Shown: positions 1-17,850, counted from the first letter of the stretch. The stretch: 64,000 nt of DNA from the human T2T-CHM13v2.0 reference genome, Homo sapiens (GCF_009914755.1 NC_060933.1); one strand, 5' to 3'. The notes: generated from the letters alone by a model not told the origin. Numbers and translations: made by a program.

Positions 1-616
1 GGCTCGGCCCTAAGCTGCAGAGGGACACACATACTTTTTGTGTATCTGGTGCCAAAGATGGTTCCCACAGAACAGGAAGGCCGTGTGCTGTGGGATCCAG
101 GGCAGGGACCCTCGGTGGATCACAGCCCATGCGGGGAGCCAGCGACCCACCGTGTGTGCCCACCGGGCAGGCACTTGAGGCCAATGCAGAAAACATGAGG
201 CCCTGGAAGGGGAAGCTGAGGCTGCTCCATCTGCTGGCGCCCCAGCCGTTCCAGCAGGCCTGTGACTGTCATCAGCCCACTGGGCTCCACGGACTCCGCC
301 AGCTTGTTTACCGGCCTCCTGGACAAGGAGAGACCTTGGCGGCCTCTGTGAGGCTCATTTTCCATGAGCAGGGAAGTCTCTGGACTCCAAGGGATTTAGA
401 GCTGTGAGGGGCACCCAGCGTGCGGTCCCAGGGGTCTGAGGAATCTATTCCAGGGTCGGGGTGAGCCCGGGGTGTCGTTTGCTCTGCCCTGTCCCCATGA
501 GAGGGAGGGCGTCCTTCTTTCCTAAAACAGCAAAAACGTGTGGGTTGTTCAGGCATCACACATGCGGCTGCTGGGCTCCAAGCAACATTATGTGGTGTTG
601 TCTGGACCGGAAGACG

Positions 617-1795
617 GAGGGAGAGAGAGAGAAGAGAGACACATAGAGACACACACGGAGACAGAGAGAAGAAAGAGGCACAGAGAGAGACACACAGAGA
701 CAGAGAGACACAGAGACACAGAGAGACACAGAGACAGACACACAGAGACACAGAGAAGACACACACAGAGAGACACAGAGACTGAGAGACACAGAGATAC
801 ATAGAGACAGAGAGAAGAGAGAGACACACAGAGAGACACAGAGACAGAGGCACACACAGAGACAGAGAGACAGACACACACAGAGACAAAGACATACACA
901 CAGGGACAGAGAGAAGAGAGGGACACATAGAGACAAACAGAGACAGAGAAGAAAGAGACACAGAGACAGACACAGAGACACACAGAGAGACAGAGGCAGA
1001 GAGACAAACACACAGAGACAGAGAGAAGAGAAAGACACACAGAGAGACACAGAGATGGAGAGACGGAGACACACAGAGACAGAGAGAAGAGCCACAGAGA
1101 CAGAGAGACACAGAGACAGAGAAGAGAGAGACACACAGAGAGACATAGAGAAAGAGAAACACAGAGAGACACAGAGACAGAGAAAAGAGAGAGACACACA
1201 GAAAGACACAGAGACAGAGACACACACAGAGACAGACAGACATATAGAGACAGAGACACACACAGAGACAGAGAGAAGAGAGAGACAGAGAGAGACACAC
1301 AGAGACAGAGACACACCCACAGGGACAGAGAGAAGAGAGAGACACACAGAGACACACACAGAGACAGAGAGAAGAGACAGACACACACAGAGACAGACAC
1401 ACAGAAAAAGAGAGACATACAGAGACAGAGAAAAGAGAGACACATAGAGAGACACACAGAGACAGAGAGACACACAGAGACAGAGAGGAGAGAGAGATAC
1501 CCACACAGACAGCAAGACATATAGAGATGGAGAGAAGATAGAGACACAGAGACAGACATACAGAGACAGATACTGAGAGAGACACAGACAGACAGACACA
1601 CACAGACAGAAGAGACACACAGAGAGAGGAGAGAGAGGAGACAGAGACACAGAGGGAGAGACAGAGAGAAAAGAGAAGGAGGAGAGAAGCAGGGAATGAG
1701 AGAAGAGAGACAGGGTGAAAGGGGATGAGGCAGGAAGGAAGAGGGAGGGAGAGAGAGAAAGAGAAGAGAAGGAGATGGAAGAAAAGAGAGAGAAT
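617..1795. repeat. Compound (GA)n/(CAGAGA)n/(CA)n low-complexity tract, ~1.2 kb
   Basis: Continuous gagagacacacagaga-type units with almost no T on the + strand; source of the spurious S/L/C/V- and R/E/T-rich ORFs. Confidence 0.95.
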
Positions 1796-2095
1796 ATAAA
1801 GATAAAATCCCAGCTGCCCTGGACGGGGTGGGCTGGGGATTCCACGCCCCATTCCATGGGGCTTTGCACTTGAAACCAGACTCTCCCACCTGAGTTCTGT
1901 TGCATCTGGAGCTTCAGATAAAACAAGATCACTTCTTAAGGATCACAAGGACCTGGGGATTTAGAAAATTGGATGATCCCACTTTTGCCAGGTTGCAACA
2001 TTCTTCCTTTTCAAAGGAGTGTCCGTGAGTGATCTCCAGAGTAAGGTCCCCAACCTACATCAAGTAAAGGGAAATGAGAAGAAAAAATTCACACG

Positions 2096-2246
2096 GGCCG
2101 GGCGTGGTGGTGCCTGTCTGCAGTCCCAGCTGCTGGGGAGGCCAAGGAGGATCGCTTGAGCCCAGGAGTTCAAGACCAGCCTGGACAACATAGCGAGACC
2201 CAGTCTATAAAAAACAAAAAAAAAAAAAAGAAAAAGAAAAAAAGAA
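2096..2246 (+). mobile_element. Free left Alu monomer (FLAM-like)
   Basis: GGCCGGGCGTGGTGG...GAGCCCAGGAGTTCAAGACCAGCCTGG then directly an A-tail; degenerate TSD ending in cacacgg. Confidence 0.85.
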
Positions 2247-2599
2247 ACCCACACGGGCAATGGAGAAGTAAACAGGATCATGGTCCCTGTTCTGCTGGCC
2301 AGGCCAGGCCAGGCCGTATTCTCAGCTGTCCCTCCCTGAAGCTCCTCCTTTGGGTGCACACGCTGCCCCTGAGCCACTTCAAGGAGTATCACTTCCTACT
2401 CTACCTGGTGGCCTGGAGCAGAAAGAGCCCCATCACCCGCCCTCTGGCTTTTCCAGCTTCCCATAGTTAACTGTCAGCGACCATGGAGCGCCCAGGGCAG
2501 AGTCCCCAGGCCCTGCATTTGCTGCTGTTTGCGTACACCGGGGTGTGCTGCTGGCTGTGGGGTCAGGGTCTCCTTGTCCCCCATGTGGACCCTGGGAGG

Positions 2600-2965
2600 G
2601 AATGAGCTGTCATTCCTACTTCTCACCAGTGCCCACCTCCCTCAGCTTCTGGGCAGGGGGCAGCACCTCCTCCCTCCTTGAAGTGGAGCATGGTCATTTG
2701 ACTTGCTCCTGCAAATGAAGCCACCATTTTACTTCTGAGCAGAGGCACTGAGAGAAGTCCTCTGTTCCCACGGCCATGGACGATATTCCCAGGGGGTGGA
2801 GGCTCCAGCAGCCAGGACCACAGAGTGAAGGTGTCCAGAGGTACAGGACAGGCCCCTGACCCTCAAGGTACAAGGAGCAAGAAATACTTCCTTCTTGTTT
2901 TAAACCATGTAGATGCCAGGGGATGCTTGTTTCCCAGCATAACCATGCCTGAGCTAGCAGATACA
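2600..2965 (+). mobile_element. Degenerate MLT1-type (ERVL-MaLR) LTR fragment
   Basis: 3' end ttgttttaaaccatgtagatgccaggggatgcttgtttcccagcataacc...gataca resembles old MLT1 LTR ends; boundaries approximate. Confidence 0.45.
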
Positions 2966-4710
2966 GGAAGGAAGTATTATCTCCCTAAAGAAATGAGTGA
3001 AGTGACAACTGAAGGCCACAAACCCACTTCGTGACAGGACAGAGTTGGAGTCCAGGTTTTCAGGCCCAGGCAGGACCCTGGATCCTATGGAGAAACTTGG
3101 CTGAGCTGCACTCATTTCTTATGGGAAACACGAAAACCTCATTCTTAGGGTTCACGTCCTCCTGAGAGGGAGAGAAAGTTCATTTACAAAGGAGCAGAAT
3201 CAGCTTGGTCCCAAGATCTCTCTGCAGCATGAAATGAAATGCCACTGGAGCAACAACACTCCAGCACACACTGAAGGATAGAGAACGTGACTCTAAATTC
3301 CATGCCCAGCGAGCTGCCTGCAGTGGGTGATGGCCGCAGAAGGGCGTGCTCTCAGCGGCAGCACACCCTTCTGGAAAAATATCCCTGAGGGGTGCACTCC
3401 AGCTGTGCCAGAGAGCAAGATGTGAAGACTTGCAAAAGGAGGCCATGGGGTGAGAGGTGGTGGTGATGAATGACTTCCATGTGAAGTCTTGCAAATTTGC
3501 TTATAAAGTGGAAAAATGCATATATGTCCTCAGCAGGTCACGTGGGAGGAGAGCCTAATGGTGGACATTTCTAGAGTCGATGCAGGTCCTGTGGTTTATG
3601 CTGTTTAATGCTCTGGGACCTGGGGTGGAGGGGGGACTCCTTTGCTCTGTTGGGCCTCAATTTCTCTGTTTATAAAAAAAAAGTGGCCTTTGGTCTCTCT
3701 AAGTTCTCTGTCGCCAGATGACTGGGGGGTCCTTCCACTATTTGGTAATAAGACTCCCCCCCCCACCAACTCCCAGCTCCTGGTGTCTCACCAACATTCT
3801 GGATGTTTGGGGTGATGGTAAAAGGGTTTGTGTGCCTGCTGAGGAACAGTTTTATTCTGGGGACTTGGGGACACTCGTAGAAATTGTTTGAGGCCCCTTA
3901 GAGAATTGTAGAACCAGGATGCAGAGGCTGTGTTTGTGGTTTGAGCTGGTCAACTGGAGGAATCCAGGTTTCTGGGAACGTTGACCAGTGACTAAGTCCC
4001 ATCCTTAGCTTGATGGCCCCCACCCCCACCCTGTCCCCAGATAGTGCCTATGGGGAAGCCTCGGGAAGGAACACTGCCCTTCCCCCTGCCCCGACACCAC
4101 ATCTGGGATGAGCCCCAAACCTCAGTTGGCTTTGATGCTGCAACTTTTTCCAAACCCTGAGCATGATTCACAGCCCAGACCGGCAGTGGAATTTCTGCAA
4201 ACAGAGCCGGGGGCTCCGTCTGCGCTCTTGAGAGGTCCGCAGCTCCCACCTTCGGAATGGCCCGAGAAAGAGACTGGGAACGCGCGAGCCACATTCTTCC
4301 TGGATGAAACACTGGCCTTATCAGGAGGAAGTAATGACAAATGGCCTGAGCAGCTCCCAGCCAGGGGGCTGGCTCTTCTTAAATTTGCTTAGATGGATTT
4401 TCTTTGATGAGCCCAGCGATTATGGGAACCCGCAGGCCTGCTCAAGGCCCGCATCATTGCCATTTCCTGACAAAGACTGGATCATCTGTCCTTCCCATCA
4501 CCGCCCCTTTCTTCTTGGAGGAAAAGCCTGCTGGTGTGGTGCGAGGATGGCGGGTGTCCCACCCTGCCCTGGGCCACCAACACCACGGCCAGGGCGGCCC
4601 CCCTGCAAGCACCGAGGGGGTCAGCTCCGTGTTCTGGCAGAGCCAGGAGAGAAACGAGGAACTCTTGTCTGGTTAATTGCTATGTGTATATATGACGATA
4701 AAGGCATGTC

Positions 4711-5112
<402 letters not shown>

Positions 5113-5465
5113 CTACAGAGAAGCAGTGGCCTCCTCGGGCCTCCAGCGCCCAGGGAACAACAAGGCCACCATTGTAAAGGGTACAGAAGGTCAACTTTCC
5201 AAGTCTAGGCACAGAGGGCCACAGGGAGAGAGACCCAGAAGGGATGAGATGGGGGGAATGTCCTTGTGGGAATGTGAGTGTGGCTGGGATTCTGCTGAGC
5301 GCACAAAGGCAGACACAACGCAGTGGACTTGAACGGGCATCCCCCAGTGATAAAAGCCGTTGTCCCCCAAGTGATGTTCCTTGAGGTTAGACGGAGCCAG
5401 CCTCATGTTATAGGCCTGATATAGACCTGGGGCACAGTGGACACTGGATGGGTGTTTGAATGCAT

Positions 5466-5685
5466 GAAGAAGTAAAAAGAAGAAAAAAGGAAAGAAAGAG
5501 AAAAAAAGAAAGAATGAAAGAAAGAAAAGAAGGAAGGAAGGAGAGAGAAAGGAAGGAAGAAGGAAAGAAAGAAAAAAAGAAAGAGAGAGAGAAAGAAACA
5601 AAGGTAGGGAGGGAGGGAGGGGAAAGAACGGAAAAGGGAGGGAAAAATAAGAAGGGAAAGGGAGGGGAAGAAAAGAAGGTGGGGG
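5466..5685. repeat. Purine-rich (GAAA)n/(GGAA)n simple repeat
   Basis: Direct reading. Confidence 0.9.
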
Positions 5686-6329
5686 AGAATTTTCACTGGC
5701 AATGTGGTTCCCTCTCTCTCCTTCTCCATAGCTCCCTCCCCTCATGGCCTTCTTGGTGTTCCCAAGCTCCCACTCTGGGTCCCAGAGCCTTAGAAGGTTT
5801 GAGCTGTGCTGATACTCATTCTGGATACACACCGAGTGGAAGCGATTCTCACTGGAAATTAGGAGGAACAATTGCCCAGCACGTCACAGCTTGCAGAGCC
5901 TCTTCGACTATCAGCACTTTATTAGGGCGCCCCTCAAACAGCCCTCTGAGGGAGGCTTTTCCCTACCTTCATTCCACCAAAGACTCCACGTTGTAGAAAC
6001 AGGTTAGATGAACTGTGCAGGGCTAAGCTATCTCTAGGAGCGAGAATTTAGATGGGGTTTGTCTTGGAATTCAAATTCCATTCATGCACAATTTCAGTTC
6101 CATTCTCAAATCCAATCTCTCTCTCTCTCCCTCACACAAACTACACTGGACTCCTCTGTGTGTGCCCGTGGTGTGATCACAGCGAATGCTGCTCCAGTGT
6201 GCCAGTCTCTGCCGATCGACAATCAGCTGCAGTTAGGAACTCGCTTTGTCACTTCACGTTACATGGTGAACATTTTCCCTGCAGCTAAACAGTCCTCAAA
6301 GCCTGTTTATTTTTTTTCCTTTATTAGAT

Positions 6330-8085
<1,756 letters not shown>

Positions 8086-8134
8086 CATCATAGTCTGCTG
8101 GGTCTGCTATAACAAAATACCCTAAGTCAGGTCA

Positions 8135-8461
<327 letters not shown>

Positions 8462-8534
8462 TCATTTCTCACAGTTCTGGAGGCAACAGATTTGGTGTTA
8501 GGTGAGGACCTGTCTCCTGGTTTACAGAAGGTGC

Positions 8535-9071
8535 TGATGCAAGGCAGGTGAGCCCCAAATTGGGGCTTAACCCACAAGAGTTCTTGGCTTTGCGCAGGAA
8601 AGAATTCAAGGGTGAGAGGACAGTGTTGAATAGCAACTTGTATTGAAGCAGCCATGCACACAGCAGCCGAGGTCCTGCTCCTTGCAGAGCAGGGCTACCC
8701 CATAGGCAGTGAGCCCAGAGTAGCAGCTCAGAGGCAGGGCTGCAGGCATATTTATACCCATTTTAATTATATGCAAATCAAGGAGCCGATTATGCAGAAA
8801 TTTCTAGGAAAAGAGTGGTAACTTTCAAGTGGTCAGATGGTTGCCATGGCAATGGTAAACTGACAATGGCGCATTGGTGGGTGGGTGTGTCTTATGGAAA
8901 GCTCCCTCCTCTCCATTCCTGTTTTATTTAGCTTGTCCTCATTTCCTCTGGTGTCTGAGCCCCACCTCCTGAATCAAGCCCCGCCTCCTGAATCCAGCCC
9001 CACCTCCTGAATCGAACCCCACCTCCTGAATGGAGCCCTGCCTCCTGAATCAAGCTCCGCCTCCTGTCTCA
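8535..9071 (-). mobile_element. ERV1-class solo LTR (MER41-family-like)
   Basis: TG...CA termini, 4-bp flanks gtgc/gcac, and internal ccccaaattggggctt...aggaaagaattcaaggg and gttgccatggcaatggtaaactgac; subfamily from memory. Confidence 0.7.
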
Positions 9072-9116
9072 GCACCTTCCTGCTGAATCCTCACATTGTG
9101 AAAAAGGACAGAGTAG

Positions 9117-9408
9117 CAGCCGGGTGTGGTGGCTCACGCCTGTAATTCCAGCACTTTGGGAGGCCGAGACAGGTGGATCACGAGGTCAGGAGATCGAGAC
9201 CGTCCTGGCTAACACGATGAAACCCCGTCTCTACTAAAAATACAAAAAAATTAGCCAGGTGTTGTGGCAGGCGCCTATAGTCCCAGCTACTTGGGAGGCT
9301 AAGGCAGGAGAATGGCGTGAACCCCGGAGGCGGAGCTTGTGGTGAGCCGAGATCGCGGCCACTGCACTCCAGCCTGGGTGACAGAGTGAGACCCCGTCTC
9401 AAAAAAAA
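9117..9408 (+). mobile_element. Full-length Alu (AluY-like)
   Basis: GATCACGAGGTCAGGAGATCGAGACC and GGAGAATGGCGTGAACCC; TSD aaaaaggaca. Confidence 0.95.
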
Positions 9409-10428
9409 GGACACCGCAGCTCTGCAGGCCTGTTTTGCACCAATTTTGTTCATGAGGAGACACAAACATTCAGAACATCGCCTTTATTTTATTTTGTTTT
9501 AAATTAATACTCTATTTTTTAGAGCAGTTTTAGGTTCACAGCAAAATTCGGAGGAAAGGACAGAGATTTCCCTTGGCATCCTGCCCTAACCCACACACAG
9601 ACTCCCCAGCAAAGCGATTTGCTGCAGTTGAGGGCCCTCCCTTGACATGTCATCATCTCCCAGAGTCCAGAGTTTACATTAGGGCTCACTTTTGGTGTTT
9701 GCATTCTGTGGGTTTTGACAAATGTCTAATGACCTGGATTCATCAGTACCATATCATGCAGGATAGTTTCACGGCCCTAAAAATCCTCTGGGCTCCAGCT
9801 GTTCATCTCCCCTCCTCTACCCCTTTCCTTGTAACCACTGAGCCTTTTACTGCCTCCATGATTTTGTCTTTCCTGAATGTCATAGAGTTGGAATCACACA
9901 GCATGCAGTCTTTTCAGGTTGGCTTCTTTCTCTTAGTAATATGCACTTAAGATTCCTCCACATCTTTTCATGGCTTGATAGCTCATTTCTTTTTAGCTCT
10001 GAGTAATATTTCGTTACTTGGATGTACCACTGTTTATGTATCTATTTACCTCCTGAAGGACATCGTGGTTGCTTTCAAATTTTGACAATTTTGAACAAAG
10101 CTTCTATAAACATTCATATGCATATTTTTTGTGGACGTAAGTTTTCAGTTCCTTTGAATAACTACTTACAAATGTGATTGCTCCATTGTATGGTAGGAGT
10201 ATGTTTAGTTTTGTAAGAAACTGCCAAACTGTCTTCCAAAGCAGCCATAGGGAATGTTGTTTGCATTCCCACCAGCAGCAAATGAGGGTTCCTATTGCTC
10301 CACATCCTCACCAGCATCTGGTGTTGTCAATGTTGTGGATTTTGGCTGTTGTAGGTGTGCAGCGGTGCCTCCTTGTTGTTTTAGTTTGCAGTTCCCTAAT
10401 GACATGTGCTGTTGAACATCTGTATATC

Positions 10429-10731
10429 TTTTTTTTTTTTTTTTTTTTGAGACGGAGTCTTGCTCTTGTTGCCCAGGCTGAAGTGCAGCGACACAATCTT
10501 GGCTCACTGCAACCTCCACCTTCAAGGTTTAAGCAATTCCTTTGCCTCAGCCTCCTGAGTAGCTGGGATTACAGGTGTGCACCACCACGCCCAACTAATT
10601 TTTGTATTCTTAGTAGAGACGAGATTTCACCATTTTGGCCAGCCTGGTCTCGAACTCCTGACCTCCGGTGATCTGCCCGCCTCGGCCTCCCAAATTGCTG
10701 GGATTATAGGCATGAGCCACCGCGCCTGGCC
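10429..10731 (-). mobile_element. Full-length Alu (AluSp/Sq-like)
   Basis: Poly-T then reverse Alu; TSD tgtatatcttt/tgtacatcttt. Confidence 0.95.
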
Positions 10732-11209
10732 TGTACATCTTTTTTGATGAGGTGCCTGTTCGGGTCTTCTGCCTATTAAAAAATTGGATTGTTAGTTTTC
10801 TTATCGTTAAGTTTTAGGAGTTCTTTGTATATTTTGGATAGCAATTCTTTATCAGGTGTCTATTTTGCAAGTATTTCCTCATAGTCTGTGGCTTGTCTTC
10901 TCATTCTCCTGACATTGTCTTTTGCAAAGTGTTGCATTGCCTTGAGCAACAGTTTTCCATTTGAAATGACCTCCAGCTTATCAGTTATTTCTTTCAGAGA
11001 TGTGCCTTTGATTTTCTATCTAAAGAGTCACTGCTATACCCAAGGGCATCTAGATTTTCTCTTATGTTATCTTCTAGGAGTTGTACAGTTTTGTGTTTGG
11101 TCAGCTCAGGTGGAACCTTTGTAAACCACTTTAAATAACTTAGCTGATCCTCAAAGCCCTCAAAGCCACTTTACTGGGTAGATTTCATTATTAACTCTTT
11201 TAAATTTAG

Positions 11210-11513
<304 letters not shown>

Positions 11514-11829
11514 TAAGATCCATTTTGAGTTAATTTTTGTGAAGGGTGTGAGGTCTGTGTCTAGATTCAGTTTTTTACATAGGATGTGTGGTTTTTTTCA
11601 ACACTATTTGTCTTCTTGCCTGTCTTTGCCCCATGGTATTGCTTCTGCTCCTTTGTCCAAAGCCTGATTTTTTAAAATCTTTGTTTTGTCATGTGTCAAC
11701 TCTTTGGATTTACCTTACTGTATTTAGTTGGTTTTTATTATTAGATATTGATTTCATGGTTGTTACTGTTTTGCTAATAACAGTCATATGTATCTGGATC
11801 TCATTTATCCTCAGAAAACAATTATACAA

Positions 11830-12690
11830 GGGGAATTGCTAGATCAAAGTGTTGGAATAGTTTTATAGCTCTTGATACAGAATGCCAAATTGTCCTCCAG
11901 AAATTACAATTTAAATTACCATCAGGAGAGGAAACATCCATTTACCCAAACCTTTACTAACAGTGTTTTCATTGAAAAAGATTTGGTGAGCCTGGAAGCT
12001 ATATTTCTTCTAATGAACATTTCTTTGATTACTAGTGAACATGAGAATTTTTGGTATAGTTTTCTTTTTATACCATATTCTAGCCTTTGCTTTATTAAGC
12101 TGTAATATTTCCTTAAAGGCAAACAATATAAATCTTGGTCTTTGCCGTGACTCCCATCCACTTCTGTAATTGGCCTTTGCCCATTAGTTTCAGTCACTAC
12201 AGTCTCTCATGAATAGAAGTTTAAATATTTTAAATTTTATTTTATATTTTCTTCCTTTGCTTTTTATGCTTCCAAATGACTTTCCCACCTGGAGATTGCT
12301 TGAATATTATTTTTCTCTTTGAATATCCTTTTATGTTTTCACTTTTTACTGTTGACTCTTTAATCCATCTGCACTCTATTTTGATGGACAAGAAACCCTA
12401 ACTGAACATTTTTCTAAATGGCTGATACCATTGGTTATTTGTTGATAAACTCTTTCTATCTTCATTGATTTAAAATGCTTCTTATGACAGGGTCAGTTTC
12501 TAGACATTTTATTTATTTTTGCTGATCTCTAGTTGTGACATGAGCTAGCGCCGTAGATGTAAAATTATTAGGACTTTCTGTCGTGCTTTAACATATGATG
12601 GTATGTTATGACTCACTATTTTTTCCCAAAATGCCTTGGCTGCTATTCTCACCTGTTTATTCTTTGAGGTTCATTTTAAAACTGCTTTGT
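11830..12690 (-). mobile_element. Highly decayed L1 (L1ME-like) fragments
   Basis: AT-rich with reverse-L1-like motifs (ggaattgctagatcaaag, catttctttgattactagtga, ctctttaatccatctg). Confidence 0.55.
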
Positions 12691-12869
12691 CAAAGCACTC
12701 TCCTGGCAAGAAAGCAAGGATTCTCTGAGGCAAAATACCCCACGTGTCTGAACAGGTCTTTGCCATGACAACCTTAGGTGAATGTCACCTTCTGTGTTGG
12801 TGGCTTTCCAGGGTGCAGGGAACAACAAAAGGCCAGCATTTGCCCAATGAGGGGACTCTAACAGGAGTC

Positions 12870-13287
12870 TGCTGTGGTTTGGATGTTTGCCTCCTCCAAA
12901 CTCATGTTGAAATCCAGTCCCCCCAAGGTGGCAGTATTAAGAGGTGGGCCCTTTAAGAAGTGAGTGCATCACAAGGGCTCTGCCCTCATGACTAGATTAA
13001 TTCACTGTGGATTACTGGATTAGTGGGTGATCATGGGAGTGGGAATGGTAGCTTCATAAGAGGAAGAGAAATTTTAGCCAGCATGCTTAGCCCCCTTGCC
13101 ACACGATGCCTGGCTCTACCTTGGGACACTACAGATGGCCTCCCTTTAGCAAGGAGTTCTTCACCAGGTGTGGCCCCTTGACCTTGGACTTCTCCAACTC
13201 CATAAGTGTATGAAATAAATTCATTTTCTTTATAAATTACTCAGTTTCTAATATTGTCCTGTAAGCAACAGAAAATGGACTAAGATA
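12870..13287 (+). mobile_element. MST-family (ERVL-MaLR) solo LTR
   Basis: tgctgtggtttggatgtttg...ccaaactcatgttgaaat start and aataaattcattttctttataaattactcagt...gaaaatggactaagata end. Confidence 0.85.
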
Positions 13288-13699
13288 GACCCATTGCTGC
13301 AATGCCAAAGGATTCATATTAGTGTGAGGGTGAGTTAAACATACCTCCAATATGCCCTGGGGCAGTCAAGAAAACCAGCTATAAACAACTTGGCACTGAA
13401 TAGAGAAAAAAGTTCTCCCTGAAATTTGTAGCCTCAATCCAGCCCTTACATGGTTTGCAGTGTGAGTTCACACTACCTAGGTGGTCCAAAGAGCCTCAAC
13501 TTGAAAATGCAGTTTAGAGTAGCCAGAGTCTGCAACACCTTGAGGTACTTAAAAGAAGTAAGGATACATCCTTCTGGGAGAAACTCCCCTTCAAATCTGG
13601 CCTCAAAGTATTCCCCAAAATAAGCTCATTTCAAGTGGCTTGAGTTTCCTGTCACATTACACACAAGAAAACAGAGACCCATGAAGAAGACTCAAATGA

Positions 13700-15480
<1,781 letters not shown>

Positions 15481-15499
15481 AAATCCTTACTAGAATAAT

Positions 15500-16050
15500 T
15501 CCCCCCAAAATGCAAGAACTTTATAGTAGTTTTACTCCATTCACACACACCCCATGCCGTTTGTGCTATGTTCGTATATTTTGTTGATTCCTGCATATAA
15601 TAAACACCAAAAAGACGTTGTTGTTGATACTGCCTTACATAATAACAACCCATTGATATTTACCCACATGTTTACCTTCTGGGCCCTTTTCATTTATTTG
15701 TACAGTCCTATGATTCTATTTGGTATTATTTTTCTTCAGCTTAAAGAACTCCCTTCAGTACTTCTTGTACTACAAGTATGGTGGCAGCATATTCTTTAAG
15801 CTTTGTTTTTACTGCATGAAAATTATTTATTTCATCTAAATTTGTGAAAGGAATTTTCACTGGCTATAGAATTCTGTGTTGACACCTTTCTTTAAGCACC
15901 CTAAAGACATTGTTCCATTGTGCTTTGGTTTCCATCGTTTCGCTGAAAAGTCAGCCATCGAGTTTACCCTTGCTCTTTTGAAGACAATATGCCCCCCACC
16001 CTCAGGCTGTTTTTAAGGTTTTATTTATGATTTTTAGCATTTTGAGTGAT
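15500..16050 (-). mobile_element. Old L1 fragment, opposite orientation
   Basis: ttttcactggctatagaattctgtgttgaca...ttccattgtgctttggtttccat...aaagtcagc is reverse L1 ORF1-like sequence. Confidence 0.6.
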
Positions 16051-16149
16051 ATGCCTAAAAGACTGTCATAAATCAAGAATACACATTGTAATGTATAAGT
16101 TATCCATTTAACTAAAAAGTTGACACAGAAGAAAAATAAATCAACAAAA

Positions 16150-17027
16150 TAATTTTTTATAGAAATTTATAAATTGAGTCTAAAATGTATAGAAAATGCA
16201 AAGAACATAGAGTAAATGGGCAAAATAAATTTGGAGAAGAAGATAATGTTGGAGAATTTACACTACCTAATTCCACAGCTTCTTATAAAGGTACACTCCT
16301 TAGGTCAGCATGACTTTGGTGTGAAAACAGACATACAGATCAACAAGACAAAACAGACAGTCTAGAAATAGGTTCATACAAAGGCATTGATTGTATTTAG
16401 TGGAGAAGATGAAAGTCTTTTCAATAAATGGTGTTGAAGAAGCTGGATATGATACAGGAAAAAACAAAACAGAAACTTGATCGTCTACTTCACCACATGA
16501 ACAAAAATTACTATGGACTATAAGCCTGATTGTGGAAGCTAAAACTATATCTTCTCTAAAAGGTAATATCACGGAACATCTTCATGGCCTTGAGCTAGGC
16601 AAAGATTGATTAAACAAGACACCAAAGGCACTAATTGATATATTGAATTTAATAAACATTTAAAGTGTCTTCTATTCAATAAAATACTAAGAAAATGAAA
16701 GGTAGTTGATAGATTAGGAGAAAAATAAAATATCTGCAATGTACACACCAGAAAAGAATTGGACCAGAATATATTTAAAAATGCCTACAACTAATTAATC
16801 AAAAGGTAAAAAGCTTAAGTTTTAAAATAAAAAAACTAATAAAATTTTGTTATAGAGATAATGAATAGCCAATAAGCACATGAAAAGATGCTCAACACCA
16901 TTAGTCATCAGGAAAAGGCAAGTATAAACCATAAAGAGATCTAAATACACACCCATCAGAACGGCTAAAACCTGAAAAAACCCAGCGGTAATTCCGGATA
17001 ACTGTCCAAGAAAAGTGAACATATAAA

Positions 17028-17063
<36 letters not shown>

Positions 17064-17440
17064 ATGTACAAAAATATTTGTAGAAACTTGATTGATACGA
17101 GGTCCAAACTAAAAACAATCCAACTGATCACCAAGTGAGGAGGGCTCAGCAAATTGTAATAGATTCATACAAGGAATGCTTTCCAGCAATAAAGAAAGAA
17201 CAATCTGCTGATGTTCACAGCAACAGGCATGGATCTCACATCACTATCCTGAGCAAAAGGGGTCAGACACAGAGGTGCACATGCTGTGTGCTTTCATTTA
17301 TTTAAAATTCAAGAATAAGCAAGACTGATGTGCAGGAATCTACGGATGGCAGTGCTGACCTCTAAGGTGGGTTTCCACTGGACAGGGCAGGACAGAGCCT
17401 TCTGGGGTGATGGAAGTGTTACATATTTGATCTGGGAGGT
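16150..17440 (+). mobile_element. Old L1 ORF2 3' end/3'UTR remnant (L1ME-like)
   Basis: gtcttttcaataaatggtg, gccaataagcacatgaaaagatgctcaacaccattagtcatcagg, catggatctcac. Confidence 0.8.
17029..17060. repeat. (CA)n microsatellite, ~16 units
   Basis: Direct reading. Confidence 0.95.
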
Positions 17441-17541
17441 GAACCTCAGCATGGAACTTGATGTTTTTGTGCCTCAGTTTCTCTTATGTAAACTGGATAA
17501 CAATTATATCCCTATCATTGAACAAATAAAATGCTTCAGTG

Positions 17542-17850
17542 TTTTTGTTTGTTTGTTTTGGTTTTTTTTTGAGATGGAGTCTTGCTCTGTTGCCCAGGCT
17601 GGAGAGCAGTGGCATGATTTCGGCTCACTGCAACCTCCCCTCCTGGTTCAAGCAATTCTCCTGCCTCAGCCTCCCAAGTAGCTGGGACTAAAGGCACACA
17701 CTACCACTCCTGGCTAGTTTTTGTATCTTCAGTAGAGACGGGGTTTCACCATGTTGGCCAGGCTGGTCTCAAACTCCTAACCTCAAGTGATCCACCTGTG
17801 TCAGCCTCCTAACGTGCTGGGATTACAGGCGTGAGCCACTGCACCTGACC
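17542..17850 (-). mobile_element. Full-length Alu (AluS-like)
   Basis: T-rich tail then reverse Alu; TSD cagtgtttt. Confidence 0.95.

Noticed and set aside
308-1932. ORFs of 433-514 aa on the minus strand and R/E/T-rich ORFs on plus
   Set aside because: They are translations of the GA/CA simple repeat, which lacks stop codons; no protein-like complexity.
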